A stretch of DNA of 64,000 bases from Camelus dromedarius (lineage: Eukaryota). Made by a program: the position numbers and the translations under genes. The stretch is from NCBI RefSeq assembly GCF_036321535.1, contig NC_087462.1, positions 186,001-250,000 of the forward strand. The letters are read 5' to 3'. Under the pieces are notes generated by a model. It was not told where the DNA came from, did no database searches, and saw nothing but the letters and a program-made list of their open reading frames with translations. Below, piece by piece: positions 30,873 to 42,792 of the stretch. Position 1 is the stretch's first letter; every line of letters starts with the position of its first letter.

Positions 30873-33779
30873 GTCTGTTACCGAGGCTGACCTGGTGTGT
30901 GTGCGCGCTGCCCCAGCCCCAGCCTTGTCTCACCGCCGCCCGGAAACCCCATGGCATCCCAGGCTTTATGGGGGCCGAGGGCACTGGGCACCCAGCAGCC
31001 CAGAGACCCAGGAGGCACGGCCAGCTCCTCACGAGCGCCAAGCAGTTCCTCCCCAGCCTCTGTCCCAGAAGTCAGCTGGGCTGACAGTCACGCCCGCAAT
31101 GGTGGAAACTACTGAGACACCCTAAGCCCTGCTGTGTCTGGGCTCACGCTGCCCTAGGGGGAAGGCAAACCACTGCCCACAGGTGGGGAGACCGAGGCCC
31201 AGAGGAGGGACAGTCCCAGCACCAGCAAGGGTGCCACCCAACGCAGGCCCGCACTCGGCACCCCAGACCCAACGCTGCCTCCGCCTCCACCGCTGCCGTC
31301 AGGTCCGTCAGGGGTCCAGGCGCACCTGCGAGGTTCACCAAACACCCCACAGAGTGGCTTCCTGGAGGCAGGATGCCAAGGGAGCAGAGTCCCAGCCCAG
31401 AACAATTCCTGCTGGGTGACTTCACTCTCTTGGCCTAAGCTTCCTCCTCAGTTAAATAGGACTCAGGACAGCCCCTATTTTGATTGAGGGCGATCACATG
31501 GGGACAGAATCTAAAGCCCTTCACAAGCTGCTGAAGGCGGGACCACCTTGCCTCCCAGGTCCCAGCACCTGCCCTTGGCCTCTGGCAGGTAATCAGAGAG
31601 CCCACGGATTGCAGCTGTGTTCTCCAGTTACAGCTTTCTTTGTGTTCCCACCTGCTCTTCCAGACTCTCCCACCCCCTGCAAGGGGCTGATGAGAGGCGG
31701 GATCCGTGTCCCCCTCCTTGAACTTGATGGCTTTTGTGACAGACAGTACACAGCTTCCGCCCCGCGGGTGCTTCCAGGACATGACACCCACATTGTGAGG
31801 ACGCGCAGGCCACGTGGAGGTGTTCCAACTAGCAGCTCCTGCTTTGCAGGTCTGTGAGCTGAATAAATGGTTGTTACTGTTTTCAGCCATGAAGTTTTGG
31901 GGTCATTTGTTACATAACCACAAACAGCGTACCGCTCAGTAAGCATGGTGCTCCGGAAATGCGCCTGAAGCCTCAGCCACCTGGGATGAGCATTTAGGGG
32001 CTAGACAGCCTCAGGGAACCAGAGGTGGCAAGGCCCCCGCCAAGAGCTTGCGGCCAGGCGCAGCACCTGCTTTAAGTGCAGGCCAGGAGCAGGCCACATG
32101 GCACGGTGGGCTCGCAGGCCCCAGCAGCTGCTGGTCAGTCTGTGGTCCCACTGGGGACCACTGGGGAACCTCTCCCTCCTGGCCGTCGGAAACTGGGCTG
32201 CTTAGGGTGAAGCCGGTGTCACTGGTACCACCAGACCTCCTTCCCAGCTGCCGTGGCTCACAGCTGTCCCTCCACAGAGATGGACCCCAGCCCAGGAGGC
32301 ACCACCCCCCATCTCAGGCAGGAGTGGCCAATGAGTGACCACCAGCCCTAAAGCTGGTCCCCTTGCCTCAGGTGGACCTGACTCTGGGGGCAGCTCACCC
32401 TCCAGGGCCCCCAGGTCAGGCTGAGGCCAACTCCAGCAGGGGTCACCCCTTGCCCTGTCCAGTTTCCCTCACTGCCTCCCCTGAGTCGCCATCATACCTG
32501 GTCTTGGGTCCAGAAGTCCTGCTATGACCTTTGCCTGGGGAAGCTGAGCTGTCCTGCTTACCTGACCTCACAGCAGGGTGGACCCTCAGTCTCCCTGTCA
32601 TCCACACCCCCGCCACTGGGGTGGTCTCTCCATAGCCCCCTGGAAGGCTGCCCCTCTTCCCCTGCTTCCCTGTGGAAGGCGCCCTCCTGCTCTCCTGGGG
32701 CCTCTCCTCTCCTCATGCTTCCTCCTCATTTGGCATCTCCTGGGCCCACGGCTTCGATTACTGCCTGGTCACCAAGGAGTCTCAAATTCACGCTTCTGGC
32801 CCCACCCTGCCCTACTGCAGCCCTGGAGAGCCAACCACCTGCTGGGTGTCTCTTCAAGGACATCCCAGGTCTGCCATGTCCAGCATGGAGCCTCTGGTCA
32901 GCCTCCCTGATCCTGGGACTCCTCTGGAGCATGTGGTCTCTGAGGAAGCCCCGGTCCTCCCAGGACAGGGGCTGGGCCTGGGTGCCTCCCCTGCCCCCTT
33001 AGCTGGCCCTTCTCTGCATCCTGTTGGTTGCACATCATAGCTTCATTCTGCCTGATCCTCCCCACACTGGTCCAGCCCACAACCTCACCCACCTGGGCAA
33101 CCCCACCAGCCCCACCAGCCAGTAGGAGTGCGCCAGGCACCTTCACCTCAGTGATTGGCTCAGGAACAGCATGTGACTCCAGCTGGCCAATGAGATGCAG
33201 CCCTGGGACTTTTTCTGGGGTGGCTGAGCTCGGAGGACCTGGGCCTAGATTCTGGAGCCACCTGCTCACCACATGGCCTATAAACAAAGTGAGTTCTCAG
33301 GAAAGATGAGCCAAGACACTCCCCAGCCTCTTTTCTTGCCTCTGTCCCTCACTCTGCCCCAGGCACACTGGTCTCTAGCTGGTCCAGTGTGTCCCTACCT
33401 CAGGCCTTTACACGTGCTGGTCCTTCTCCCTCTAACACTGTTCCTCCTGACTCACTCCGTTCTGGTCTCTGCTCAAATATCACCTCCTCAGCAATGCCTC
33501 CCTGGCCTCCTAATCAAAATAACCCTCCTGCCCCCGCCCCTGTTGCTACTGCTTCACTGTGCTTCATTTTCCTCCGCAGCAATTACTGCTACCGGAAGTT
33601 GCTTACTTATTTATAGCTTGCTTAAGTCCCTTCTCCCTGCCTCTCCGAGGGCAGGAGTTTTTACTTATTTTATTCACTACTGTACCTCTGGCACCTAGAT
33701 TTGTCCGTGGAAGGCCATGAACCAATTAATCAATTTTCCAGAGGAAGAACCTGACGCTCACAGAGGTGAGGGTACTCAC

Positions 33780-34170
33780 TTCCTGTGGCTGTTGTAACAA
33801 ATCACCACAAAGTCAGTGACTTAAAACAATGCAAGTTTGTGACCTTACAATTCCAGAGGTCAGAAGTCCTAAAATCCAGACGTGAGAAGGGCTAGTCCCT
33901 CTGGAGGCTCCAGAGGAGATTCGGGTCCTGCCTTTTCTAGCTTCTAGAGGCCCTGCATCCCCGGCTCACGGCCCCTCCCTCCACCCTTACCACCAGCAGA
34001 GCAGCATCTCCCGTCTCTCTCTGACTCTGACCCTCCCACCGCTGCGGGATTGCTCTGGGCCCACCTGGATAACCAGGACATCCCCTTCTCAAGGTTCCTT
34101 CTCTCAGGCGAGGTCGCACGTTCCCAGGCTCTGGGGTCAGGATGTGGACGTCTGCTGGGCATTATTCTCT
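33780..34170. mobile_element. MLT1 (MaLR) LTR
   Basis: gtggctgttgtaacaaatcaccacaaagtcagtgacttaaaacaatg...ttccagaggtcagaagtcc...caggatgtggacgtct. Confidence 0.8.
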
Positions 34171-34559
34171 GCCACAGTGCGTAACTGTGTCCCAGATTGC
34201 ACAGCCTGAAAGAGGCAGAGCTGACCCTGAAGCCTGTTCTGTCATGTCCAGAGTACACCCACATGTAGCCTTTGTCCCCGGCTCCATGGCCCTCTCCCCC
34301 ATCAGGGGCCACATTCTCTCCCAGGCATCCCCTTTTCTTCACCCCTACAGCCCCTCTGTCTCCTGAGATGATGCCTGTCCTAACAGGCACAACTGCAGCA
34401 AGATGCTATTGTGCAAGTCTCCATAACATGTTCCAGCTCTATGCTAAGAGCTTTTCAAGTATTCCCTCACGTCACCCATTTTACAAATGAACAGGTCCAT
34501 TTGAGGCCCACTTCCAAAGTCCTAGCAGAACCTAGATCTGAATTCAGGGCTCTCCTGTG

Positions 34560-34900
34560 ACATGTGATGGAAGACTCAACTCAGACTGCCTTATAAGAAA
34601 AGAAGTAATTCATTAACTTGCACCATTGCAAGGGGAATCAGGCATGGCTGGATCCAGGAGCGCAAATAGGGTCATCAGCACTTTCTCACCAGTCAGCTTG
34701 GCTTTCCGGAGCCAACTTTGTTCACAGGCCTCATCGTGGTGATAAGGTGGTCCAACAGCTCCAGGCCCAGCTGAGGCACCCCAGCACTGTGTCCCCAGAA
34801 AAAGTCCCAGGCTGCAACTCATTGGATGGCTGAATCACATGCTGTTTCTGAACTAAGCTCTGCAGCCAGGGGACTTGAAGCTCTCTAACTGGATGACCCA
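34560..34900. mobile_element. Old MLT1J/K-like LTR relic (approx.); a similar relic lies at ~46960-47350
   Basis: aactcagactgccttataagaaaaga...caggcatggctggatccaggagc. Confidence 0.5.
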
Positions 34901-35899
34901 ATTCCAACCTCAAAGACTAAGAGTGGAAGTCCCCAGGGAAAAACTGAGGTGCTATGTCCAGAGAACAGGCAAAACCCCAGATGTCCATCCCTCCAGGGTG
35001 TTTCATAGCCTGAGGTGCAGGCTTTCCTGGGGCAAGGGGGGAGGCCCCACTTGGGACCAGCTAGAGGGCCAGAAACCTGGCACCCTCCTTTACATTTCCA
35101 GGACCGCCGCCACCCACCCAATAATTCCTGCAATGTGGGGGTGTATGCAGGGAGATATCTTGGGACACCTCTGGAAGAATCATAATCAGTTCTAATTACT
35201 GTTTATCAGCGTGGCGCTGCTTGCCAACGCTACCACACCGGTGATAAGGGCAGTGTGAAGGACAGACTGGGCAAAGTGTGCTCAGCCCACTTCATACATG
35301 CAGGGCCGCACCAGGTCTCCCAGGGTGAGGGCAGAGCCCCTTGCACTGATGAGAAAGTCGTGTGAAGCTGCTGCTCGGCCGAGGGCTCTCTCCTGGACTC
35401 CTCCTATCTCCCCACCTCCCCACCTGTCTTTTCCTTCCCTAGACCCGTTTACCTGCCTGTCCTTCACTGGTACCAGCGAGGGCCAGGTATTGGCGCGCGC
35501 GGGGCAGAGAATCAGCTGAGCCTAGCCCGTGGTGTTGGTGCAGCTGTTGGCTGTCTGGGACAACTGCCAGCAAGGCCACCACAGGCCACGGTTGCCACGC
35601 CCACCCTCGTGGGGAGATGTCACCTGCGGAGGCGCAGGGATGGAAGCCAGCGCATCACATCCAACTCTCCCGACCCAGAGGTGTGTAGGAGCCCGGGCCC
35701 GGGGCGCAGCCAGGTCAGAGCTCAGGAGGGGTCCGGGTGAAGCCCAGGGTCAGGGCTCGATGGGGTCAAAGGTCAGCCTGAGATAGGGCATGGCGAGGGA
35801 GGGTCAGGGCTCTCGTGCTTCGGCCAGGACCTGAGGAGTCGGTGCTGCAGGAGTGCTGAGTGCGGAAGGGGCTGATTTCTCCCCGCTTCTCCGGGAGCG

Positions 35900-36420
35900 G
35901 TGGGACCCTCCCCTTCCCCCTCTCGGCTGGCCCAGGGCGGCCAGGGCCGGGGTCGCGAGTGGGGAAACTGAGGCTCAGGCCGGCCCCGCCCCGGCCCCGC
36001 CACGCGCCGGGACGTCACAAAAAGGCCCCAAAAGCGCGGCAGGCCGGGTGGGGCGGCGCAGCGCAGCCCTGGCCGCAGCCCCACGCACAGGCGTACGGGG
36101 GAGCTCTTCCGAGCTGGGGCGGCGGCGGCCTCCCAGGGGGGTCGGAAGCGCCAAGGCGCCCGCGCGCACGGACCCCGGCTCTCGGCGGCGCGCTCGGAGG
36201 CCGGGGGAGGGATAGTTTCCCGGCGTGCCCCGCGGGCGGGCGGCGCGCAGGCGCAGTCGGCGGGGGCGGGGCACGGCGGCCGAAGCCAGCGCCGGGCGGC
36301 GGCGCAGAGCGAGTGGAGCGCCCGGGGTCCCCCGGCGGCGGCGGCGGCGGCGCAGAGGAGGAAGGCGGCCCCGGTCCCGGCCCAGCCTCGCCCCCGGCCC
36401 CGGGCCCATCCGCCGCCGCC
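35900..36420 (+). promoter_or_regulatory. CDC34: CDC34 CpG-island promoter and 5' UTR (GC boxes, CRE-like GACGTCAC ~36012, (GGC)6 near 36333-36350)
   Basis: CpG-dense region directly upstream of the ATG at 36421. Confidence 0.75.
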
Positions 36421-36597
36421 ATGGCCCGGCCGCTGGTGCCCAGCTCGCAGAAGGCGCTGCTGCTGGAGCTCAAGGGGCTGCAGGAGGAGCCGGTGGAGGG
36501 CTTCCGGGTGACCCTTGTGGACGAGGGCGACCTGTACAACTGGGAGGTGGCCATCTTCGGGCCCCCCAACACCTACTACGAGGGCGGCTACTTCAAG
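36421..36597 (+). CDS. CDC34: CDC34 coding exon 1
   Basis: gccATGG context; donor AAG|GTGAGC. Confidence 0.95.
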
Positions 36598-39500
36598 GTG
36601 AGCCAGGGGCAGGCGGGCGCTGGCGACCCCTCCTCCGGCTCCTCGGGGCCCGTCCCCCGGCTCCCCGCCCCCTGTCCCCTGCCCTCGCCCCTCGCGGCGC
36701 CCCCTCTCTGTCTGTCCTCGCGGCGCCCCCTCCTTCTGCACGGCTGGGTCCCTCGGTCACCCCCTCTGCCACCCCCTCCTCATTGTCTGGCCCCAGGAGC
36801 CCCTCCATGGCCGCTTCTGGCCCCCAAAGGAGAGGCCCGGGACCTTCCCAGTTTCTCTAGGTGCGGGGCTCTGGTGCCCCCAGCCCCTGGTGTCCCCTCC
36901 CCTCCGCCCAACCCTGCCCTGCCCCCCACCTTCCCTGCCCGCTGCCCGCAGGAGACAAAGGGGCCTCCCCAGAACTGGCGCGCTGTTCTGGGGAGTGCCG
37001 GCCCTAGGGGAGGGAGCGAGGCCGGCCGGCCTGCAGACTGGACCCTCCACTTGCTCGGGTTCCAGAAAAGGCCCGGATGGGGCCTTGGCAGCCGGAACCT
37101 GCTTGGAAAGCGGCCACCCTCACTGATAGCAGCAGGCCAGGCCCTCTGGGTTGCATCCTGAGCTTTATGTAACCTGTTCTCTCCTGCAGTCACTCCCATC
37201 CTCCACCCTGTCCCTGGGATGTGGGAGCCTCGCACAGAACAGACCCCGGCCTGGCCTCAGAATCTTGGGCTCCTCTCTGGCCCAGCTGGCCTTTCTCAGG
37301 TTCCACTGAGCGGGTGGCTGCTTGAGCCCAAACATTTGTGGGCCCTACGTGTTGGCTGGATTCTGAGCAGTTCCCACTTTTGTGGGGAGCGGGGAGATGA
37401 GTGCCTTCCCCGGGACTGGTCACATTTCTGTCTGGTGTGACGAGGACTCAGGCCAAAACTTGGGCAGCTTCCTTGACCCCCCTGATCTGAGTCTAGACGT
37501 GGCCTGGGAAGAACCCCTCCCAGACGGAAGACTGCTTTTCCAGCCTGAGAGACAAGGCAGGGGGTCTCCCTGCAAGAGAGGTGGGGCCTGAGGCCTGGGC
37601 TGGGACACCCCGTCACCGCCTGCCAGGAGCCCAACTGGCCTGCCAGGTTCTGCCTGCCTGCAGGCCTGGGGGAGGGGCGGGCTGGTGCTGGGGCAGATGT
37701 CTGTGTTTGCACATTTGGCTGACGTTTTAGCCACGCCTGCTCAGTGGCCCTGAGGAGCAGCCTGGTCTGCTGTGGGCCATGCCTGAGATGAGGTTCCCTC
37801 ACAGCTTTGGTGGGATGGGGGGATGTGTGTGGACAGCCCTGGGCTGAGTTTTGTGTCTAGAGTCCACCTTCCCCATACAGGGGAACAATTTGGGGCCGAT
37901 CACCAAATGGTTTAATCAGCCCCCTCCTGCAGCCTCTTCTGTTTGCTTCTGAGAGCAGTTGGCTGTGAGGGTAAGAGCTCTCCTCACAGCTGGGAAAGCG
38001 GAGTCCCATCCTGAGGCGAGGCCGGGACTCTCAGCGAGGCTGGAAGGGTGGAGGGACGTGGGTTTCTGCCTGTTGCCGGCTGTTTGCAAGGACCCTTGTT
38101 TGGTTAGGACCCTCCAGAACGGCTCTAGTGGGGTGGTCCTGTGTTTCTGGAGAAGGATGGGCTGGGAAGGGGGCGCTGCACATCTGATCACACCTGCTGT
38201 AGGGTGTGTCCCCGAAGAGCCCGCACAGGACCCAAGGTGATCCTGCCATCTCCGATCCTCCTATCCCGACTTGGCTGGGTGAGGAGGGCCGGAGGGCCAG
38301 CGTCACTTTCCAGCCAATTCCTGCAGCCCTTCCTCCCAGCCGGCTGGCCCCCCCTTCTCCCTGTGAGCAGACAGCCCCAGGCACTCTGAGGGGTGCCACA
38401 GAGACCTTGTCAGGAGCCCCTCCAGTGCTGTGTGCCCTCAGGCAAAGTGCTCTCCTTCTCTGAGCCTCAGTTTGCATAGCGGAAAAGGCATCTCTGGAAC
38501 TTCGTGGGTGCTTGGGGCGGGGCGGAGGGGCCTGTCCCCCTTGCTCTGCTGAGGAGGCCTCAGGTAGTCTTAGGCCGTCACTTAGAAACCCAGCACTGGG
38601 CTGGGGGACCACAGGGCAGGGTCTGAGGCCCAAGTTCCAGGCTGGCTCTGGGCCTCAACGTGTTCAGTCCAGGACGAAGGAACTCCCCCCAGTGCCCTCA
38701 GCGTCCCCACCCAGGAAAGCAATTCGCCAAAGACGGGCTGACGGGTCTGCAGCAGAGGTGCCCTGCACAGTCCAAGGCACTGCCAGGGTCCCAGGACAGG
38801 GCTTAAACAGGCGGAGGACAGGGCACAGCTCTAACCCGGGGGGCCCTCCCCCAGCTACCCCATGACCTCCCTGTCTGCCTTCCTGACCCCTCAGAACTGA
38901 CACCTGCGGGCAGAGAGCCCGTCAGCCCAGCGCTGACTCATCCCCGCCCACGGCGCCTGCCCAGGGAGGTGTCAGGAGTGGTTGCCCAGTGAACACGGGT
39001 CTATTTTAATCCTTCCCACAGGCTGGAAACTGAGGCCGGGAGTCCAGCACAGTGCTTGGGCACCCAGCTCCCAGGACTGAGGCCCGGGCCCCTCTGCTGG
39101 CCTTTACCATGAGTACGCTCTTCTCCTTGGGGCCCAGGCTCCAATCCCTCCCACAGGCCAGGGCCGGGCAGGTGCCCATGCCCGCCAGCAGCAGACGGGG
39201 ACCAGGGTCAGCTCAGATGCACCTGGCCTAGGCCTGTGAGGGGTGTGGGCAGCAGGCAGGGTCCCAGGCTGACGTCCTGCTGGTGTGTTTGTGGGCAGCC
39301 TGAGCTGGGGGCCCCTCACCCCCACCCTCTGCCCTCCCTGCCAGGCGCGCCTCAAGTTCCCCATCGACTACCCCTACTCCCCGCCGGCCTTTCGGTTCCT
39401 GACCAAGATGTGGCACCCCAACATCTATGAGGTGAGCCTGACCCTCCCGGCCCCTGTGTTGTGGAGGGGTCGCGGACAGGAGCCCCTCGGACGCTGAGCC

Positions 39501-41813
39501 CTCCTGCACTGCACAGACTGGGGTCTCCTGCGTTTTGGGGGAGGGGGGGTCGCGAACAGGAGCCCTGCAGATGCTGACCCTTCCTGTGCCGCACAGACTG
39601 GGGACGTGTGTATCTCCATCCTCCACCCGCCAGTTGATGACCCCCAAAGCGGGGAGCTGCCCTCGGAGCGGTGGAACCCCACACAGAACGTCAGGTGAGG
39701 CCAGTTGGGGTCCTGGCTCCCTCTCGCCGGGCTCCCTGGGGCCTGCCCAGCCCTGGGTACACTGACACAGGGAGACCCCGGTGTCATCCTCGGGGCCATG
39801 GCTCCCTACAGGGTGGCGTCTATGGGAACCAGCTCCCTTCTGGAGTCCTACCAGCCTCTCTGCCCATTTCCCAACACTCCCTGCTCCACCCCTCTTCAGG
39901 AATGGCCTCTGGGCATCCCGTGTCCACATCTGCTTGTCCCTGGGGTCTCCCCTCCCCGTGGAACACAGCCCCCTCCATCCTCAGGGCCAGACTGCTCACC
40001 CTGAGTGGCTTGAGTGCCCTGCATTCTGGCCCATATGTCCCTGGTCCAGCCCCAGCCATAGCAGAAGTGGGTAGCAGGGGACCCACTCTCTGGGCAAGAT
40101 GCTGAGGGGATGGGTCAGGCCTGCTCCGGTGGGAGGGGGAGGTCCTGGCCTCCGCTGCCCACCTGCGTGCCATCCCAGAGCCAGGCACACGGCAAAGGGT
40201 AAGAGGCGGTGGGGAGGGGGCGGGGCAGGCCCAGGGTGTGGGGCTCCCGGGCAGGCAGTACTCCAGGCAGGCTGGGCTGGGCTATGAATGCCCCCGACAA
40301 CTGGCTCATGCCCCCAGGACCATCCTCCTGAGCGTCATCTCCCTCCTCAACGAACCCAACACCTTCTCTCCGGCCAACGTGGATGCCTCTGTGATGTACA
40401 GGAAGTGGAAGGAAAGCAAAGGCAAGGACCGGGAGTACACGGACATCATCCGGTGAGTGGGGCCCAGCTGGCGGGGCAGGGGGCCAGGCTCCGGCCTCAG
40501 TCCCCGTCCTGGTCCCTTCTCGTGAGTTCTGGAAAATCCAGTGCTTTTTTCTCTTGGACTCATTGTGACACCACAGTCATGCGAGTGTGTTGTCCGCTGT
40601 CTGCTGTCCTGCACAGCGGTGCCGTGCACATGGGCATCGTGGTGCGTGTGTGTGCACCTCCCACTGGGGCATCGTAGCGCAGTGTCCACCAGGTTTCAGC
40701 AGGTTTTGCCACAATTCCTTTGCTTTGCGAGTGAAAGGGCGGCAGTCCCACTGGCCTCCCTCTGCGCCCCGGTGGCCCTGTCCTGTGTGTGCGAGTGCTG
40801 GAGGCGGGGGTGAGCACGTGCGAGGTCTGTTTGGGGTGTGCGTGTTCCACACGCTTCTGAGACACTGCTGCACGTGCTCTGTCTCCCCCTCAGCGTGAGC
40901 AGCTCTTCCACTGGCGGTTGTGGGACTTGGAGTTGTTCTCCAAAGGCAGCAAATCCATCTGGCACTAGCACACGTAGGAGATCCCTTCTTTTATGGAAAA
41001 TAATTTCATTTTGGTTACAAAAGCTTCAGAATTTGTCAGGTTGAAGCCCCATCTCAGTGTCATTGTCTCTGTTCTCCCATGAACGAGCAGGTGCCAGTCC
41101 CCACAGCAGGGTCTGTACAAAATCTTCTTGGGAGCATGGGCCCCGCGGGGACTGGGGTCCCCAGTAATGTCCCCAGGAGCCTGCTCTCCCCTCCCCGTTG
41201 TGTTTGTTGTGTCCTGTGAGCTGCTCTGTCACCATTGTCCTTTGTCACTTGTCCTCGTGTGGCTTGTGACTCATTTCATGGCTCTTAACCCTTCACTAAG
41301 TCTCTTCCAAATAGCTTTTCAGTTTGTCGTTTACTTCTTAGAAAAGCAAGTGAGTTAGACCTGCAGGCCCAGTGTTTCCCCAAGAAGAAAGGGCACACAT
41401 CCTCACTCGGCGTCCAAGGCCCCCAGCCCCGGATCCTTCTGCCGCCTGGCTTCCTGTGCAGCCCCCCGCTGGGCTGGAGGCTCCGGTGTCAGCCAGGGGT
41501 CCCTCGGGGCTGGGACGCGGGCTGCGGGCTGTCTGCTTTCTGCTGTGACCCCGTGCCGTCCCCACGGCAAGCAGACCCAGCCCCGTGTCTCCCCAGGAAG
41601 CAGGTCCTGGGGACCAGGGTGGACGCGGAGCGGGACGGTGTGAAGGTGCCCACCACGCTGGCCGAGTACTGCGTGCAGACCAAGGCCCCAGCGCTGGACG
41701 AGGGCCCGGAGCTGCTCTACGATGACTACTACGAGGACGGCGAGGCCGAGGCCGGCAGCTGCTTTGGGGATGACGGGGACGCCGGGGATGCCTCGGGCCC
41801 TGAGGAGTCCTGA
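36421..41813 (+). CDS. CDC34: Ubiquitin-conjugating enzyme E2 R1, 237 aa; join(36421..36597,39345..39431,39597..39694,40318..40452,41597..41813)
   Basis: [28 protein letters not shown]...; [39 protein letters not shown] with catalytic Cys93 and the acidic loop; acidic tail ...GPEES*. All introns GT-AG. Confidence 0.97.
39345..39431 (+). CDS. CDC34: CDC34 coding exon 2
   Basis: [29 protein letters not shown]. Confidence 0.95.
39597..39694 (+). CDS. CDC34: CDC34 coding exon 3 (catalytic Cys)
   Basis: [32 protein letters not shown]. Confidence 0.95.
40318..40452 (+). CDS. CDC34: CDC34 coding exon 4
   Basis: [30 protein letters not shown]...DII. Confidence 0.95.
41597..41813 (+). CDS. CDC34: CDC34 coding exon 5 (acidic tail)
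   Basis: [25 protein letters not shown]...EES*. Confidence 0.95.
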
Positions 41814-41827
41814 CACCGCGCCCCGCC

Positions 41828-41833
41828 AATAAA
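41828..41833 (+). terminator. CDC34: CDC34 proximal poly(A) signal AATAAA
   Basis: 15 nt after the stop codon. Confidence 0.55.
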
Positions 41834-42100
41834 CGTACACGTTTCACCTCAGCCGCCCACCTGTGTGGCTCTGGGTGCCTCCAGGGTGCGCGGGCTCCCC
41901 CGGCCTGCCCACCGTCCACCCTGGTCCGCTCGGCTCTGGAGGGAGGGCCCCCATGTGCTGGGCGCCGCTCAGGTCCTGGGAGCGGTGGACCCCATCCTGC
42001 CCACGGCTCCCGCTGCTGGAGCCAGAGACCTGGGGTCTCGGCTCGCGAGTGGATGGGTTAACTTGGGGTCACTTCTCTCCTTTGGTTTGTTTGGAATCTA

Positions 42101-42106
42101 AATAAA
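42101..42106 (+). terminator. CDC34: CDC34 distal poly(A) signal AATAAA
   Basis: Preceded by the U-rich tttggtttgtttggaatct. Confidence 0.75.
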
Positions 42107-42589
42107 GTGACTTTATGAGACGCCTAAGGACCCTTCTCTCCTTGGCCCCGAGGACCGTGGGGCCAGGCGGGGGCAACAGCCCGGGTGCCCATGTGCGTGT
42201 GACCTGGCTCGGGCAGGCGGCAGCTGCCCCTCCGAGCCTGCAGGGGCGGCGGGAGTCCTGAAAGCTCCTGGGCGCAGGTGCCCACGCCCCCCAGCAGGAG
42301 GCCCGTCTGGGCTCGGTGATCTGGGGAGGGGGCCACAGAGATCCAGGGTCTGGGCAGGAGGGAACCGGTTTATTAAACGAAGCCCCAGCAGCCTGGGGGT
42401 GTGGCCATAGAGGTCCTGCCCAGCCCGCAGCCCTCAGGCCTCCACACAGCTGCCTGGAGGTGCATCACACCCAGGGGTGGGAGGCAGGTGTCACCCACAG
42501 CGTGAGCTGCTCCCAGGGCTGTGTTTCCTGTTAGCCCAGAGCTGGCCAGCGGCCCCGGGGGTGTCTGCACAGGGAGACCCTGGGGTCCT

Positions 42590-42792
42590 CAGCTCCTAGG
42601 CCGCAGCCAGATCTGGTCACTGCCCGTCATGTAAATAAAGCTTTATTGAAACAGCCACACCCACTTCTTCACCTACCATAGGTGGGTTTTTGAGCCGCAG
42701 CTTCAGGGCTGAGTGAGTGTGGTGCAGAGTGTTTGACCCAAAGAGCCAGAAACACTTACTGTCTGGCTGTTTACAGAAGTTTGCCAACCTCT
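42590..42792 (+). mobile_element. MER58A DNA transposon
   Basis: gtaaataaagctttattgaaacagccacaccc...ttactgtctggctgtttacagaagtttgccaacc matches the recalled MER58A. Confidence 0.8.

Noticed and set aside
37160-37310. Strong-looking acceptor (CTGTTCTCTCCTGCAG at 37189) in CDC34 intron 1
   Set aside because: No convincing downstream donor was found, and the in-frame reading stops at ~37309; insufficient support without RNA data.
42634-42647. Back-to-back AATAAA/TTTATT as a bidirectional terminator
   Set aside because: It is part of the MER58A consensus.
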